NCBI GenBank assembly: GCA_964409475.1
Contig: CAYPDL010000006.1
Span: 242 to 64,241 of the forward strand
Length of the DNA stretch: 64,000 nucleotides
Direction: 5' to 3'
Source: an uncultured Desulfobacteraceae bacterium
GTDB lineage: Bacteria > Desulfobacterota > DSM-4660 > Desulfatiglandales > Desulfatiglandaceae
Within the stretch, counting starts at the first letter, position 1; each line of letters opens with the position of its first letter. Below are positions 26,829-36,959 of the stretch, piece by piece. A program made the position numbers and the translations under genes. The notes below the pieces were generated by a model, which was not told where the DNA came from, ran no database searches, and saw only the letters and a program-made list of their open reading frames with translations.

Positions 26829-28352
26829 TTACGCCTTGTCGCCGTACAACTCCTTAGCCTTGGTCCGATCAATAGACCCATCCTCAAGACTCGGCAACTC
26901 AGCTACAAATTCCACATACTGGGGCTTCTTGTATCTGGCGATCCGTTCCCCCACAAAATCCTTGAGTTCCTGTTCGCCAAGGGACTCCCCCTCTTTGAGT
27001 TGGCAGACCGCCTTGATGCCCTCTTTCCATTTGGGGTCCGGGACCCCGAACACCACGGTCTTCAAGACCGCGGGATGCTCCAGAATCGCCTTTTCCACCT
27101 CTGCCGGATAGACATTCTCCCCGCCCGGCTTGATGAGTTCTTTTTCCGCCTTGCGGCCCGCATACCAGAGGAAGCCCTCCTCATCGAATCGCCCCTGATC
27201 GCCGGTATGATGCCAGCCCTCCCTGAAGGTATAGGCGTTATCTTCCGGAAGGTTCCAGTAGCCCTTGAAGACCATGGGGCCTTTCACCGTGATCTCTCCG
27301 ACGGCTCCCCCCGGGACCGGCTGATCATAATCGTCCACAAGCCTCACCTCTGCCATGGGCAGCACCCTGCCGGCCGATCCCGGTCGATCGCTGTAGGGCC
27401 CGAAGGTGGCCAGGCACGAGGTCTCGGTCTGGCCGTACAGGACATAGAATTTGCCGCCGGTAATTTTCTGGTATTTTTCAATGGTCTCAGGGGATTCAAG
27501 CCCGGCCACCGCTCTCAGGGAACGGATGTCGGCGCCGGTCTTCTCATGCTGCTCCAGGATAGATGCGAGGATGGGGGGAAACTCAATCAGCACGGAGGCC
27601 TTTTTCTCTGCGATGAGCCTTACCGCCTGCTCCGCATCAAACTTGCTCACATTGAGATTCAGTGCCCCTGCATGAAAGGTCGCCGTCGCCATAAAGAGTC
27701 CGCCCACATGAAACAGGGGAAGGATATTGAGATGGACATCCTGCGGGGCCAGTCCACACAGATAGTCTATGTGCATATCCGCACAGAGCACATTGCCGTG
27801 GCTCAGCAAGGCCCCCCTGGGCCGTCCCGCAACGGCCGCAGTGTGGATAATCACAAATCCGTCATCCGTATGGACCTCCACGGCTTCAAATTCATCTCCC
27901 TGATCCAGCAATGACTGGAAATCTGAAAAATCCCCTGATTCAGGGCCTAAATTGAAATATTTCTCCACCGAGGGAAGCTTGTCAGTTAATCCCTTGATAG
28001 ATGTTTGAAATTCCTTGTCTGCAAACACCACCCTCGGCTGACAGTCATTCAGGTTATATCTCACCTCATCGGCGGAGAGCCGCCAGTTGATGGGAAGCAT
28101 GATGGCCCCCAGGGCCGCGGCTGCACCATACAGAAGAAAATATTCAAGGCTGTTCTTTCCAACGGCCCCGATCCGCTCCCCTTTCTGGATCCCGGATTTC
28201 TGAAGGCCGCAGGCAAGGCGGTCCACCCTCTCTTTGTACTGAGAAAAGGTCAGGGTCCGGCCGTCATCCACCTCGAACCATGCCTTCTTGCCGCCAAAGG
28301 CAGTGGCATTGCGGCTGATCAGGTCATAAAACGTAAAGTCATATAATCCCAT
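26829..28352 (-). CDS. AMP-dependent acyl-CoA ligase
   Basis: Start at MGLYDFTFYDL (gaggaag SD). AMP-binding motifs IIHTAAVAGRPRGALLSH, YGQTE and HTGD. Confidence 0.85.
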   Translation of the reverse strand: MGLYDFTFYDLISRNATAFGGKKAWFEVDDGRTLTFSQYKERVDRLACGLQKSGIQKGERIGAVGKNSLEYFLLYGAAAALGAIMLPINWRLSADEVRYNLNDCQPRVVFADKEFQTSIKGLTDKLPSVEKYFNLGPESGDFSDFQSLLDQGDEFEAVEVHTDDGFVIIHTAAVAGRPRGALLSHGNVLCADMHIDYLCGLAPQDVHLNILPLFHVGGLFMATATFHAGALNLNVSKFDAEQAVRLIAEKKASVLIEFPPILASILEQHEKTGADIRSLRAVAGLESPETIEKYQKITGGKFYVLYGQTETSCLATFGPYSDRPGSAGRVLPMAEVRLVDDYDQPVPGGAVGEITVKGPMVFKGYWNLPEDNAYTFREGWHHTGDQGRFDEEGFLWYAGRKAEKELIKPGGENVYPAEVEKAILEHPAVLKTVVFGVPDPKWKEGIKAVCQLKEGESLGEQELKDFVGERIARYKKPQYVEFVAELPSLEDGSIDRTKAKELYGDKA

Positions 28353-28459
28353 GGTCTTCCTCGCAAAAAAATGCCCCCACCCTGTGTTCCCGCTTGAAGG
28401 GGTGGGTGGGGGCAAGAAAATAGATCCGTCATTTTGACGGCTCATGATTATTAATTTTC

Positions 28460-29056
28460 TTACTGGGCCTGGACCTCATACGGATACACCCGTGTCACGC
28501 CGTCTGCAGCAAACGTGAATGCACACTCGGTCAGGGTCACAGGCGTTGTTCCCTCGGGCACGCCTTTCCACCATTTTTCAAGGGTCGCCCACGCGTCCCA
28601 ACCCTTCGCCTTCAGCTCCATCGCATTGGCAAGGAGCAAACCAACAAGGGCAGAACGGGCAGTGATCATGGTCGTGACCTTCACCTCGTCGGATTTTCCC
28701 GGCGGGATCCAGTTGGACACCTGATCCGCCGCGGTGATCATGACAAATCCCTTATCAAAGACAACTGAATATTTAATTTCCTTAAGATTTATCGCATACT
28801 GGTTCGGGTTTGTAATCTTGAATGTAAACGTCATCGGCAGAAATGCGCCACGGTCGCCCGCATCCCCCTTGGTGGGCTTGACGCCTTTCGCTATATACCA
28901 ATATCCATCATAGAAGGGGACCTCAAAGGCCTCCAGTTCGATCTTCGGGGCAATAAAATTGCTCTCATTGGGTTTGACCTGCGTGGTGACACAGGACATC
29001 AAAGCGACACTCAAACCAAAAATGAGCACGGTCAATAAAATCAGTCTTTTCTTCAT
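28460..29056 (-). CDS. lipoprotein, LEA14/LEA_2-like beta-sandwich
   Basis: MKKRLILLTVLIFGLSVALMSC has a signal peptide plus lipobox. The body resembles water-stress/LEA_2 domains (a guess from composition and pattern). Confidence 0.6.
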   Translation of the reverse strand: MKKRLILLTVLIFGLSVALMSCVTTQVKPNESNFIAPKIELEAFEVPFYDGYWYIAKGVKPTKGDAGDRGAFLPMTFTFKITNPNQYAINLKEIKYSVVFDKGFVMITAADQVSNWIPPGKSDEVKVTTMITARSALVGLLLANAMELKAKGWDAWATLEKWWKGVPEGTTPVTLTECAFTFAADGVTRVYPYEVQAQ

Positions 29057-29078
29057 AATAGACCTCCATATTTATGGT

Positions 29079-29885
29079 TCAGCTCAGCCATCTCTTTCTT
29101 CGCTTATAATGCTTTACATCGCGAAAACTCTTTTTTCCTCCGGCGCCCATACCGAGGTAGAAATCCTTAATATCTTCGTTCTGGCTCAATTTCTCAGAGG
29201 CATCATCCATCACAATCCTGCCGGTCTCCATGACATAGGCATAGGGCGCCACCCTCAGGGCAAGCTTGACATTCTGCTCCACAAGGAGGATGGAAATCTT
29301 CTGATCTTGATTAAGCTTTGTGACGATATTGAAGATTTCATGGATGAGCATCGGGGCCAGGCCCATGGAAGGCTCATCCAGCAACACCAGTTTGGGCTCG
29401 GTCATCAAGGCCCTTCCCACCACGGTCATCTGCTGCTCGCCGCCGCTCACAAATCCGGCAATTTCGCTCCGTTTTTCCACAAGCCTCGGAAAATAGTGGT
29501 ACACCATCTGAAGCTTGTCTTTTACGGACCCGGTCTTTCTCAGGTGGGCCCCCACCTTGAGGTTCTCCTCAACGGTCAGGTGTTCGAAGACCTTTCGCCC
29601 TTCGATGACCTGGACGATCCCGGCCTTGGCGATCTTTGCGGCCCTTTCGTGATGGATATACTTTCCTTCATACAGGATGCCGCCATCGCTCACCTCGCCA
29701 TCTTCGGTCTTCAAGAGGCCGGAAATGGCCTTGAGGGTCGTGCTTTTGCCAGCGCCATTGGCCCCAAGCAGCGCAACGATGCCCCCTCGGGGCACCTCGA
29801 TGGAGACCCCTTTGAGCACCAGGATGACCTCATGGTACTTGACCTCGATATTATTAATCTTCAGTATTGCCTCTGCGTTCTCCAA
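29079..29885 (-). CDS. branched-chain-type (HAAT) ABC transporter ATP-binding protein, LivF-like
   Basis: 268-aa ORF with Walker A GANGAGKST, signature VSGGEQQM and Walker B LVLLDEPS. TTG start with GGAGG 7 nt upstream. Confidence 0.85.
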   Translation of the reverse strand: MENAEAILKINNIEVKYHEVILVLKGVSIEVPRGGIVALLGANGAGKSTTLKAISGLLKTEDGEVSDGGILYEGKYIHHERAAKIAKAGIVQVIEGRKVFEHLTVEENLKVGAHLRKTGSVKDKLQMVYHYFPRLVEKRSEIAGFVSGGEQQMTVVGRALMTEPKLVLLDEPSMGLAPMLIHEIFNIVTKLNQDQKISILLVEQNVKLALRVAPYAYVMETGRIVMDDASEKLSQNEDIKDFYLGMGAGGKKSFRDVKHYKRRKRWLS

Positions 29886-29918
29886 GACCCTACCTCCATG
29901 GGTGATGTTTCCGGTTGC

Positions 29919-31178
29919 CTACCATCCTAACCACTTGGTTTCCCACAATTCAGGCCACCGTTTCTTGAGATCCACATTTTCCACCACCTGGAATTTTCCT
30001 CCCTTCCATTCCTGTACAATACACCCGGTGGCCGGCCTGTGGTCGGTTGCCGTAAAGCTGATCGGGGCAGCGCCGAGCCCGATGTCAAAATTTCTGAGGG
30101 TTTCAAACCCCTCCTTCATAATGGCAGGGCCGGACCCTATCGCCGTAATATCGACCCCCTTCTTATCAGCCCGTTTCAGGGCCTCCCAGGTAATCAGGGC
30201 GTCTCCCCAGGCCTGGATGGTCCGGTTGAGACGTTTTCCCAGGGGTACGCCCGGGCTGTATGTCTCGGCTGAAGAAACCACCAGATCCATATTTTTCACG
30301 TTTTCTCCAAAAAAGGCACACGGCGTGGCGCCCATGACCCCTTCTGCCGCCTCTCCGGCCAGGCGGGGCAGGTTTTCGTCAAACCCCCAGTTATTGATGA
30401 TCCAGGCCGCGCCGAGCCCGAGGGCATAAGCATCCCGTACCGTAGCCGCCACCGACATGGTGGTATTTCCGTGCCAGAGGAGATCCGGCTTGAAATCCTT
30501 CAGGCCCATGACCTGGCTCTTGGTATCCAGGGCAAAGAGCGAAATGTCCTGGTCCGGGCCAATTTCAAAACCCAGGAGCGTCGCCTGGTCCTTTATGGCC
30601 TTGATCGGCGCCGAGCAGTAGGGAGAGGCGAACATGTAACAGCAGGCAAATCTCGGCTTTCTCTTGCCGAAATCCGGATGGTTACTCCATTTTTTGTCAA
30701 ACCAGGCTGTAATGGCGGCCCTGGCATTGGTGGAATAGTCGGATGAAAAGAAGAGGTTATAGGGTGTCTTTGCAGGGTTAGTTAAATGCGCCGAATAGGA
30801 TGCAGACACATAAGGAATCTGGTCTTTGTTGACCGTGGGAGAGAGGGCCTCGGTATCCCCGGTCCCCCATCCCATAATGGCAACGTTTCCAATCCGTTTC
30901 AACATCTTATACTTAGTGATGGCCTCTGGAATCCGATACCCGTAATCAAACCACGTATACTTGATCTCCTTGCCGTTGACGCCCCCCTGAGAATTAATGT
31001 ATTTATAGGCGTCCGACATGCCGATGGCATAATCCTTTCCCACGTCCGAGGTAGCCCCGGTCGTATCCATAATCCCGCCGATCTTGATCTGTTTGGCCGC
31101 AGCGATCGTCGAGAATCCTGCCAGGAAAACCACACCCAGCAACACTACCAACACCTTCAGACAAATGCTTTTCTTCAT
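29919..31178 (-). CDS. HAAT-family ABC transporter substrate-binding protein
   Basis: 419-aa ORF with a signal peptide and the type-I periplasmic-binding fold pattern (IKIGGIMDTTGATSDVGKDY). Confidence 0.85.
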   Translation of the reverse strand: MKKSICLKVLVVLLGVVFLAGFSTIAAAKQIKIGGIMDTTGATSDVGKDYAIGMSDAYKYINSQGGVNGKEIKYTWFDYGYRIPEAITKYKMLKRIGNVAIMGWGTGDTEALSPTVNKDQIPYVSASYSAHLTNPAKTPYNLFFSSDYSTNARAAITAWFDKKWSNHPDFGKRKPRFACCYMFASPYCSAPIKAIKDQATLLGFEIGPDQDISLFALDTKSQVMGLKDFKPDLLWHGNTTMSVAATVRDAYALGLGAAWIINNWGFDENLPRLAGEAAEGVMGATPCAFFGENVKNMDLVVSSAETYSPGVPLGKRLNRTIQAWGDALITWEALKRADKKGVDITAIGSGPAIMKEGFETLRNFDIGLGAAPISFTATDHRPATGCIVQEWKGGKFQVVENVDLKKRWPELWETKWLGW

Positions 31179-31360
31179 AGGTCTTACCCCCTTCGCTAAT
31201 GTGAAAACATCCTGTTAACCTCTGTCGCCGAATGAAACGATTAAGTGTTTTCACCTCCTTTCGAGTCTTGGTTGAGTTGTCAAAACGTCGATCAGCCATG
31301 CCATGGTGGATATCGGATGTTTTCGAGCTCCGTTTCAAACAGAACCCAAATCCCTCCGTA

Positions 31361-32461
31361 CTAATATGAAAACGGCCATAGGTTAAAGTAGTTCTTTGCC
31401 TGCCACCAGCGGTAGGCCAGCCCGTTGGGCTCGTAGATGAGAAAGGCGCAGATGGCCAGCCCGAATGCCATATCCTTGATATAGGCAAAATCCATAAGAA
31501 TCTGGGGGTAAAAATCGGACAATGGAATAACCGACATCTGGAGCAATTCCATAACCACCACCATAAAGATGGACCCGAAGATGGCCCCCTGGATCGAACC
31601 GACCCCGCCGATCAGGATCACGCCCACCAGCCAGAGGGACAAAAACCACTGGAAATGTTCAGGGCTCAGGGCCGCGGTGTTGCAAACCCAGAAGGCCCCG
31701 GCAATGCCTGCCATGAACCCGGCCACAAAGAAGGATAGGAGCTTGTACCAGACGATATTGATGCCCAGGGTCTCGGCCGCGATATCATTGTCCCGGATGG
31801 CCACCCAGGCGCGACCCGCCTTGGAGCGGAGCAGGTTGGCCAGGACGATCACCATCAACGTCAGCAAAACCGCCATGAGATAATAGACGCTCCGTTCATT
31901 ATCAACGACCCAAGGTCCTATCTTGATGGTGCCGGGGGGGAGGGAAAAGGCCTGGCCCCTGCCGCCGATCTGGCTGACATACTGGGTCAGGATGAAGTCC
32001 ACGGTAATGAACTGGGCCGCCATGGTGGTCAGAATAAGGTAGAAGCCTTTGACCTTTACAGAAGGGAGGCCGAAGAGGACGCTCCACAGCCCCGCGACAA
32101 CCCCGGCAACAACGATGCTGACCGGATAGGCAAGTCCCGAGTCAAGAAGGGACTGGGGCCAGGGGAACTGCAGGATCATCATGGTGCTGGTGTAGGCCCC
32201 CACCGCAATAAATGCGGCATGGCCCAGGGTGAGAAGACCGGAATACCCGATGAGGAGTTGGACCCCCAGGGCGCCCATGGCGGTATATCCGACCATGGTC
32301 CCCACACTCATCCAGTATTCACCGGCAAACAGCGGAATGCCGACAAAGACCACAAGCAGGAGCAACAACATTTTTCCCTTGACAAATCGAGTCTGCCACC
32401 ACCCCTGATCCTCAGCATAATCCTGGTGGTAATCCCCACATGGCAACCATACACTGGACAT
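31361..32461 (-). CDS. HAAT-family ABC permease, LivM-like
   Basis: 366-aa polytopic ORF with the typical LLTLGHAAFIAVGAY motif. Confidence 0.85.
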   Translation of the reverse strand: MSSVWLPCGDYHQDYAEDQGWWQTRFVKGKMLLLLLVVFVGIPLFAGEYWMSVGTMVGYTAMGALGVQLLIGYSGLLTLGHAAFIAVGAYTSTMMILQFPWPQSLLDSGLAYPVSIVVAGVVAGLWSVLFGLPSVKVKGFYLILTTMAAQFITVDFILTQYVSQIGGRGQAFSLPPGTIKIGPWVVDNERSVYYLMAVLLTLMVIVLANLLRSKAGRAWVAIRDNDIAAETLGINIVWYKLLSFFVAGFMAGIAGAFWVCNTAALSPEHFQWFLSLWLVGVILIGGVGSIQGAIFGSIFMVVVMELLQMSVIPLSDFYPQILMDFAYIKDMAFGLAICAFLIYEPNGLAYRWWQAKNYFNLWPFSY

Positions 32462-32637
32462 AGGCCAAACCTCGCTTAAGTGATCTAAAATGCCTAAAGT
32501 GAGCTAAAGTTTAAATTTGGATTTTTTATTTCCACAACTTTAGTCACTTCAAACTTCACACTTCAAACTGCCATTTCAAGAGAGTTAAAGTGCCTAAAGT
32601 TTAAGCGCAGTGCCATTGTTTGGACTACGCCGACTGC
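32462..32637. repeat. repeat-filled 176-nt spacer between the livH-like and livM-like genes
   Basis: cacttca aacttca cacttca aactg (32545-32570). gcctaaagt/gagctaaagt (32492-32510). gtgcctaaagttt (32590-32602) is the reverse complement of 11551-11563. Confidence 0.85.
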
Positions 32638-33528
32638 CTACACGCGCTCGATCCGCTCCCAGCCCCAGAGGCCGTACGGCTTGAACAGGAGGAACACCGC
32701 CATAAAGGCAAAGGGGACGATCTCCTTGACGCCGCCAGGGAAATATTGGTCGAGATAGGTCCCTGCAAAATTCTGGAGCAGGCCGATGAGGATGCCTCCG
32801 ACAATAGCGCCCGGCACGGAGTTGAGCCCGCCCAGGACCACGGCGGGCAACACCAGCAACCCCAGATAACCGACAGAGACATTGATGCCGTTGATGTTTC
32901 CGAGCAGGGCCCCGCCCACGCCCGCGCTCATGAATGCAATGGCCCATGCCGCGGCATACACAAACCGGGCGCTTACCCCCAGGGAAAGTGCGGCCGTTTC
33001 ATCATCGGCCGTGGCCTGCATGGAAAGGCCCCATCGGGTGTACTTGAAAAAGCAGACAAAGACGATCAAGAGGACAATCGACAGGATAAAAGACCAGAGA
33101 TAGACCGGGGATATCTGGAGGAATCCGACCGCGATCGGATGAATGCTGAAAACAGGAGGATCAAAAACCCGGGTATCGTTTTGCCATATATATCCTACAA
33201 GGCCTTTTAAGAAAAAAGAAAGCCCAACCGTCACCATGATGACAGCCAGAATCGGCTCGCCGATGAGTTTGTCCAAGAAGATACGTTCCGTCAGGATACC
33301 TAAGACAATCCCCACCATCAGGGTCAACAACACAGCAGGGACAAAGGGAATGCCGATGCTGTGAAAGGTATAGCTCACATAGGCCCCGATTATGGTCAAC
33401 TCGCCCATGGCCAGGTTGAGGACGCCCGAGCACTTGTAGATAAGGACCCAACCTAATGCCACCAAGGCATAGATGCCCCCCACCATGATGCCTGTCGTCA
33501 ACGTCATAAAAAAGAGCTCCATTCTCAA
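32638..33528 (-). CDS. HAAT-family ABC permease, LivH-like
   Basis: 296-aa polytopic ORF with GVLNLAMGEL and GGLNSVPGAIVGG motifs. Confidence 0.85.
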   Translation of the reverse strand: MRMELFFMTLTTGIMVGGIYALVALGWVLIYKCSGVLNLAMGELTIIGAYVSYTFHSIGIPFVPAVLLTLMVGIVLGILTERIFLDKLIGEPILAVIMVTVGLSFFLKGLVGYIWQNDTRVFDPPVFSIHPIAVGFLQISPVYLWSFILSIVLLIVFVCFFKYTRWGLSMQATADDETAALSLGVSARFVYAAAWAIAFMSAGVGGALLGNINGINVSVGYLGLLVLPAVVLGGLNSVPGAIVGGILIGLLQNFAGTYLDQYFPGGVKEIVPFAFMAVFLLFKPYGLWGWERIERV

Positions 33529-33570
33529 CTTCCTCCCTGTTTAATTTCCCTACTCCCTGCTCTTCGCGGC

Positions 33571-35502
33571 CTACTCTTTTACCTTCTGGATATGCAGATC
33601 GGTCTTGATCCGCTGCTCTCTTCCATCCTCATAAGTGATCTTCGTGTCCATATGAATGGTGTCATCATCCGAATAGAGTCCGTTTACGATATTTTTATAC
33701 CGATTTTCCACAAAGGCCCGTTTCAATTTGGACGTCCGTGTCAACTCTTCATCATCGGCATCGAATACCTTGTAAAGGTTGACGAATTTCCGGATCTTGG
33801 CAGGTGCAGGCAGGTCCCTGTTGGCCTCTTCAATCTGTTTCTGGACGAGGTCGTAGACCTCCGGTTTCTGGGAGAGCTCCGGATAGCTGGTATAGTTGAG
33901 CTTCTTATCATCCGCCCATTTCCCCACCACGGCATAATCAATGCACATGACAGCCGTTATATATTCCCTCTTGTCGCCGATGGCCCAGGCCTCCCCAATA
34001 AAGGGGCTGAATTTCAGGCGCGTTTCAAGGTATTGGGGCGAGAACGGCCTGCCGTCGGAAAGGGTCATCACGTCCTTGGACCGGTCAAATACCACCAGGT
34101 GCCCGTCTTCATCGATAAACCCCCTGTCCCCGGAATAGAGCCACCCATCCACAAGGGTCTTCTTTGTAGCCTCCTCGTTTTTGTAATAGCCGATAAATAC
34201 GGAGGGACTCTTGGATATGATCTCCCCTTCTTCAGTGATCCGGACCTCCGTTTCAGGGATCGGGGTCCCTACGGTATCGAACTTGACATCCCCGTCCCTG
34301 TGCACAATGGATATGCCCGCGATCTCGGTCTGGCCGTAGATCTGTTTCAGGTTGACGCCGAGGGCGTGAAAAAACCGGAAATGGTCCGGTCCCATGGCCG
34401 CCCCCCCGGTGTAGCAGTGTCTCAGTCGCGACAGGCCCAGATGGTCCTTCAACTTCTTCTGCATGGTGATGGAGGCGATCCAGTTCAAAAATTTAACGCC
34501 CAGGGGTACCGGCTTTTTGTCAAATTTGAGGTTGGCGGCCTTATATCCGGCGTTGGTGGCGAATTCGTACACCTTTCTCTTGATCCAGGTGGAATCGATA
34601 TACTTGACCTGGACCTGACGCGTCATCCCCTCGTACAGCCTGGGCGGCGCAAACATCACATGGGGGCCGATCTCTCGAATGTTTTCCTGGGCGGTCGTAG
34701 GTTCTTCCGGGAAATTGAGGGTGTACCCTATCTGGAGACCGCACGATATGGACATCATCTGCTCGCCGATCCAGGCAAAGGGGAGATAGGAGACGAAATC
34801 GTCGGTGTCGTAACAGGGATCAACGGCCATGAGATTTCTTCCCATGGTCAGCATGTTCCAGTGGGTCAGGAGTGCCCCTTTGGGCAGGGCCGTGGTCCCG
34901 GATGTATAAAAGAGGAGACAGACATCGTCGCCCGTCCCTTCATTGACCATTTTTTCAAAGAGGTCCGGATCTTTCTGATCCATGGCCTTTCCCAGTTCCT
35001 GGACCCTTTTGATGCTGATGAGGTATTCCTGGTGGTAGTTTCTCATCCCCTTGGGATCATCCCAGACGATGGTTTGGAGCTTGGGGCAATCATCCTTGAT
35101 CAACAGGGCCTTGTCCACCTCTTCCTGGGTCTCGCCCACAAAGAACTTGGAATCGGAATGGTCAATAATATATTTGACCTCCTCCATCATACAGTCCTGA
35201 AACAACCACACGGCAACGCCGCCCGCGCAGATGGCGGCCATCTCTGACCAGAGGCCCTCGGGGCGATTATCACCGATCATTGCCACCTTGTCGCCCCGTT
35301 TCAAACCAAGGCTGACCATGCCGAGGGAGAGATATTTCACATTGTCGTAATAGTCCTGCCAGGTAAAGGGCATCCAGATGCCGAACTCCTTCTCCCGCAT
35401 GGCGACCTTGCTGTTGCCGTACTTTTTACACTGGCTGACAAAAAGCCGGGGGATCGTGAGGTCTTTGGTGATTTCAATCCCGTTTCCACCCATCGTCTTC
35501 AT
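33571..35502 (-). CDS. long-chain-type AMP-dependent acyl-CoA ligase
   Basis: 643-aa ORF with LFYTSGTTALPKGALLTH, YGQTE and YSGDRG. Its start overlaps the livG-like stop. Confidence 0.85.
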   Translation of the reverse strand: MKTMGGNGIEITKDLTIPRLFVSQCKKYGNSKVAMREKEFGIWMPFTWQDYYDNVKYLSLGMVSLGLKRGDKVAMIGDNRPEGLWSEMAAICAGGVAVWLFQDCMMEEVKYIIDHSDSKFFVGETQEEVDKALLIKDDCPKLQTIVWDDPKGMRNYHQEYLISIKRVQELGKAMDQKDPDLFEKMVNEGTGDDVCLLFYTSGTTALPKGALLTHWNMLTMGRNLMAVDPCYDTDDFVSYLPFAWIGEQMMSISCGLQIGYTLNFPEEPTTAQENIREIGPHVMFAPPRLYEGMTRQVQVKYIDSTWIKRKVYEFATNAGYKAANLKFDKKPVPLGVKFLNWIASITMQKKLKDHLGLSRLRHCYTGGAAMGPDHFRFFHALGVNLKQIYGQTEIAGISIVHRDGDVKFDTVGTPIPETEVRITEEGEIISKSPSVFIGYYKNEEATKKTLVDGWLYSGDRGFIDEDGHLVVFDRSKDVMTLSDGRPFSPQYLETRLKFSPFIGEAWAIGDKREYITAVMCIDYAVVGKWADDKKLNYTSYPELSQKPEVYDLVQKQIEEANRDLPAPAKIRKFVNLYKVFDADDEELTRTSKLKRAFVENRYKNIVNGLYSDDDTIHMDTKITYEDGREQRIKTDLHIQKVKE

Positions 35503-36323
35503 TACCTCCTTGTGGAATACAAATCCTCTTCACCCAGATAGGCCTTTACTACCTCGGGATTCGCCTGGACCTCCTCAGGTGGACCGTCCATAATCTGGTT
35601 GCCGAAATTGAGCACATTGACACGATCGGAGATATCCATGACCACGCCCATGTCGTGCTCGACCAGGACGCAGGTGACCTTCCAGCGCTCCTCTTCATTG
35701 ATGTCGAGGATAAAGCGGGCCATATCCTCCACCTCTTCCAGGTTCAACCCGGCCAGCGGCTCGTCCAGCAGCAGCAGTTCCGGATTAAGGGCCAATGCCC
35801 TCCCCAGTTCCACCCGCTTCTGGAGCCCGTAGGGAAGCATGTGGGCAGGCTTGTCCCGAATGCTCTCTATCTCAAGGAGATCGATGATCTCCTCCTCAAT
35901 AAACTGCCTGGAGGCGATCTCTTCCTTCCTGGTCTTGCCGACATATACGGAACCGCTCAAAATGCCGCTCTTAAGGTGGATATGCCGTCCCAAGCGGATA
36001 TTGTCGAGGACCGACATCCCGCCGAAAAGCTCCAGTTTCTGAAACGTACGTGAAATGCCCCGCTCGGCCCTATGATGGGGCCTCAGATGGGTGACTCGCT
36101 CGCCCTTGAAATAGATCTCTCCCTTCTGGGGTTTATACAGCCCGTTGATGCAATTCATCATGACGGTCTTTCCAGCCCCGTTGGGACCGATGATCGAATG
36201 AATCTCTCCCTTTCTGACATTCAGGTTTACCCCGGCCAGGGCGGCCACCCTGCCAAAATACATGTGGACATCTTCAAGCTTCAGAATGGTCTCGCCTTCT
36301 TTGAGTCCCCCCCCCTGAACCAT
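35502..36323 (-). CDS. HAAT-family ABC transporter ATP-binding protein, LivG-like
   Basis: Start at MVQGGG (ggagg 8 nt upstream). Walker A GPNGAGKTV and Walker B LLLLDEPLAG. Confidence 0.85.
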   Translation of the reverse strand: MVQGGGLKEGETILKLEDVHMYFGRVAALAGVNLNVRKGEIHSIIGPNGAGKTVMMNCINGLYKPQKGEIYFKGERVTHLRPHHRAERGISRTFQKLELFGGMSVLDNIRLGRHIHLKSGILSGSVYVGKTRKEEIASRQFIEEEIIDLLEIESIRDKPAHMLPYGLQKRVELGRALALNPELLLLDEPLAGLNLEEVEDMARFILDINEEERWKVTCVLVEHDMGVVMDISDRVNVLNFGNQIMDGPPEEVQANPEVVKAYLGEEDLYSTRR

Positions 36324-36959
36324 ATTACGGGCCTCCATTTTGCAGTTAGGATTTTGTTTCACTCGGCTGTTACAAAAAAGAATTGGCCACGCTATCGTCA
36401 CTGGTCAGCAACGCTCATCGGGCTCGGCTGTTCACCGCAGTAGATGCGACATGCGCCATTAAGGACATGGCGCCTTGTTGATCATTCGGATTTCTGCAAT
36501 CTCCACGGTTTCGTCCGCTCATGGGTTTGCGCAGTTCATCAGATATTTGAACCGCTGCTTGTCGGCAGCGTCTCATCGATTATGGATCGGGCCATGAAAA
36601 AAATCGGTTCTGCCTTCGTTCGGTCTAAACAGATATAGGATCTTAAATAATATTTCACGTATGCAGTGTATCTTATGCCTCAATGGAAACGGCAGCGATG
36701 ATGACGTGTTTCACGTAAGCGGATTTAGAAACGACCGGTTGCCTATTTTCATGGTATTTGATTTGAGACTCTTTATTCAAAGCCAGTATCTGAGATAGGA
36801 ATCTTTTATGCCTTAACTCAAATGTCTTATATTTCTTTACAAAACGGACAATGGGCTCCGAAATGCGATTACACAATTAATCGGTCGTTCTCCTTTTGTC
36901 AACAAAATTTATCAAAAAATAGTCCTCCTATTCCATTCCGGAGCCGATGCCTGCGGGCT

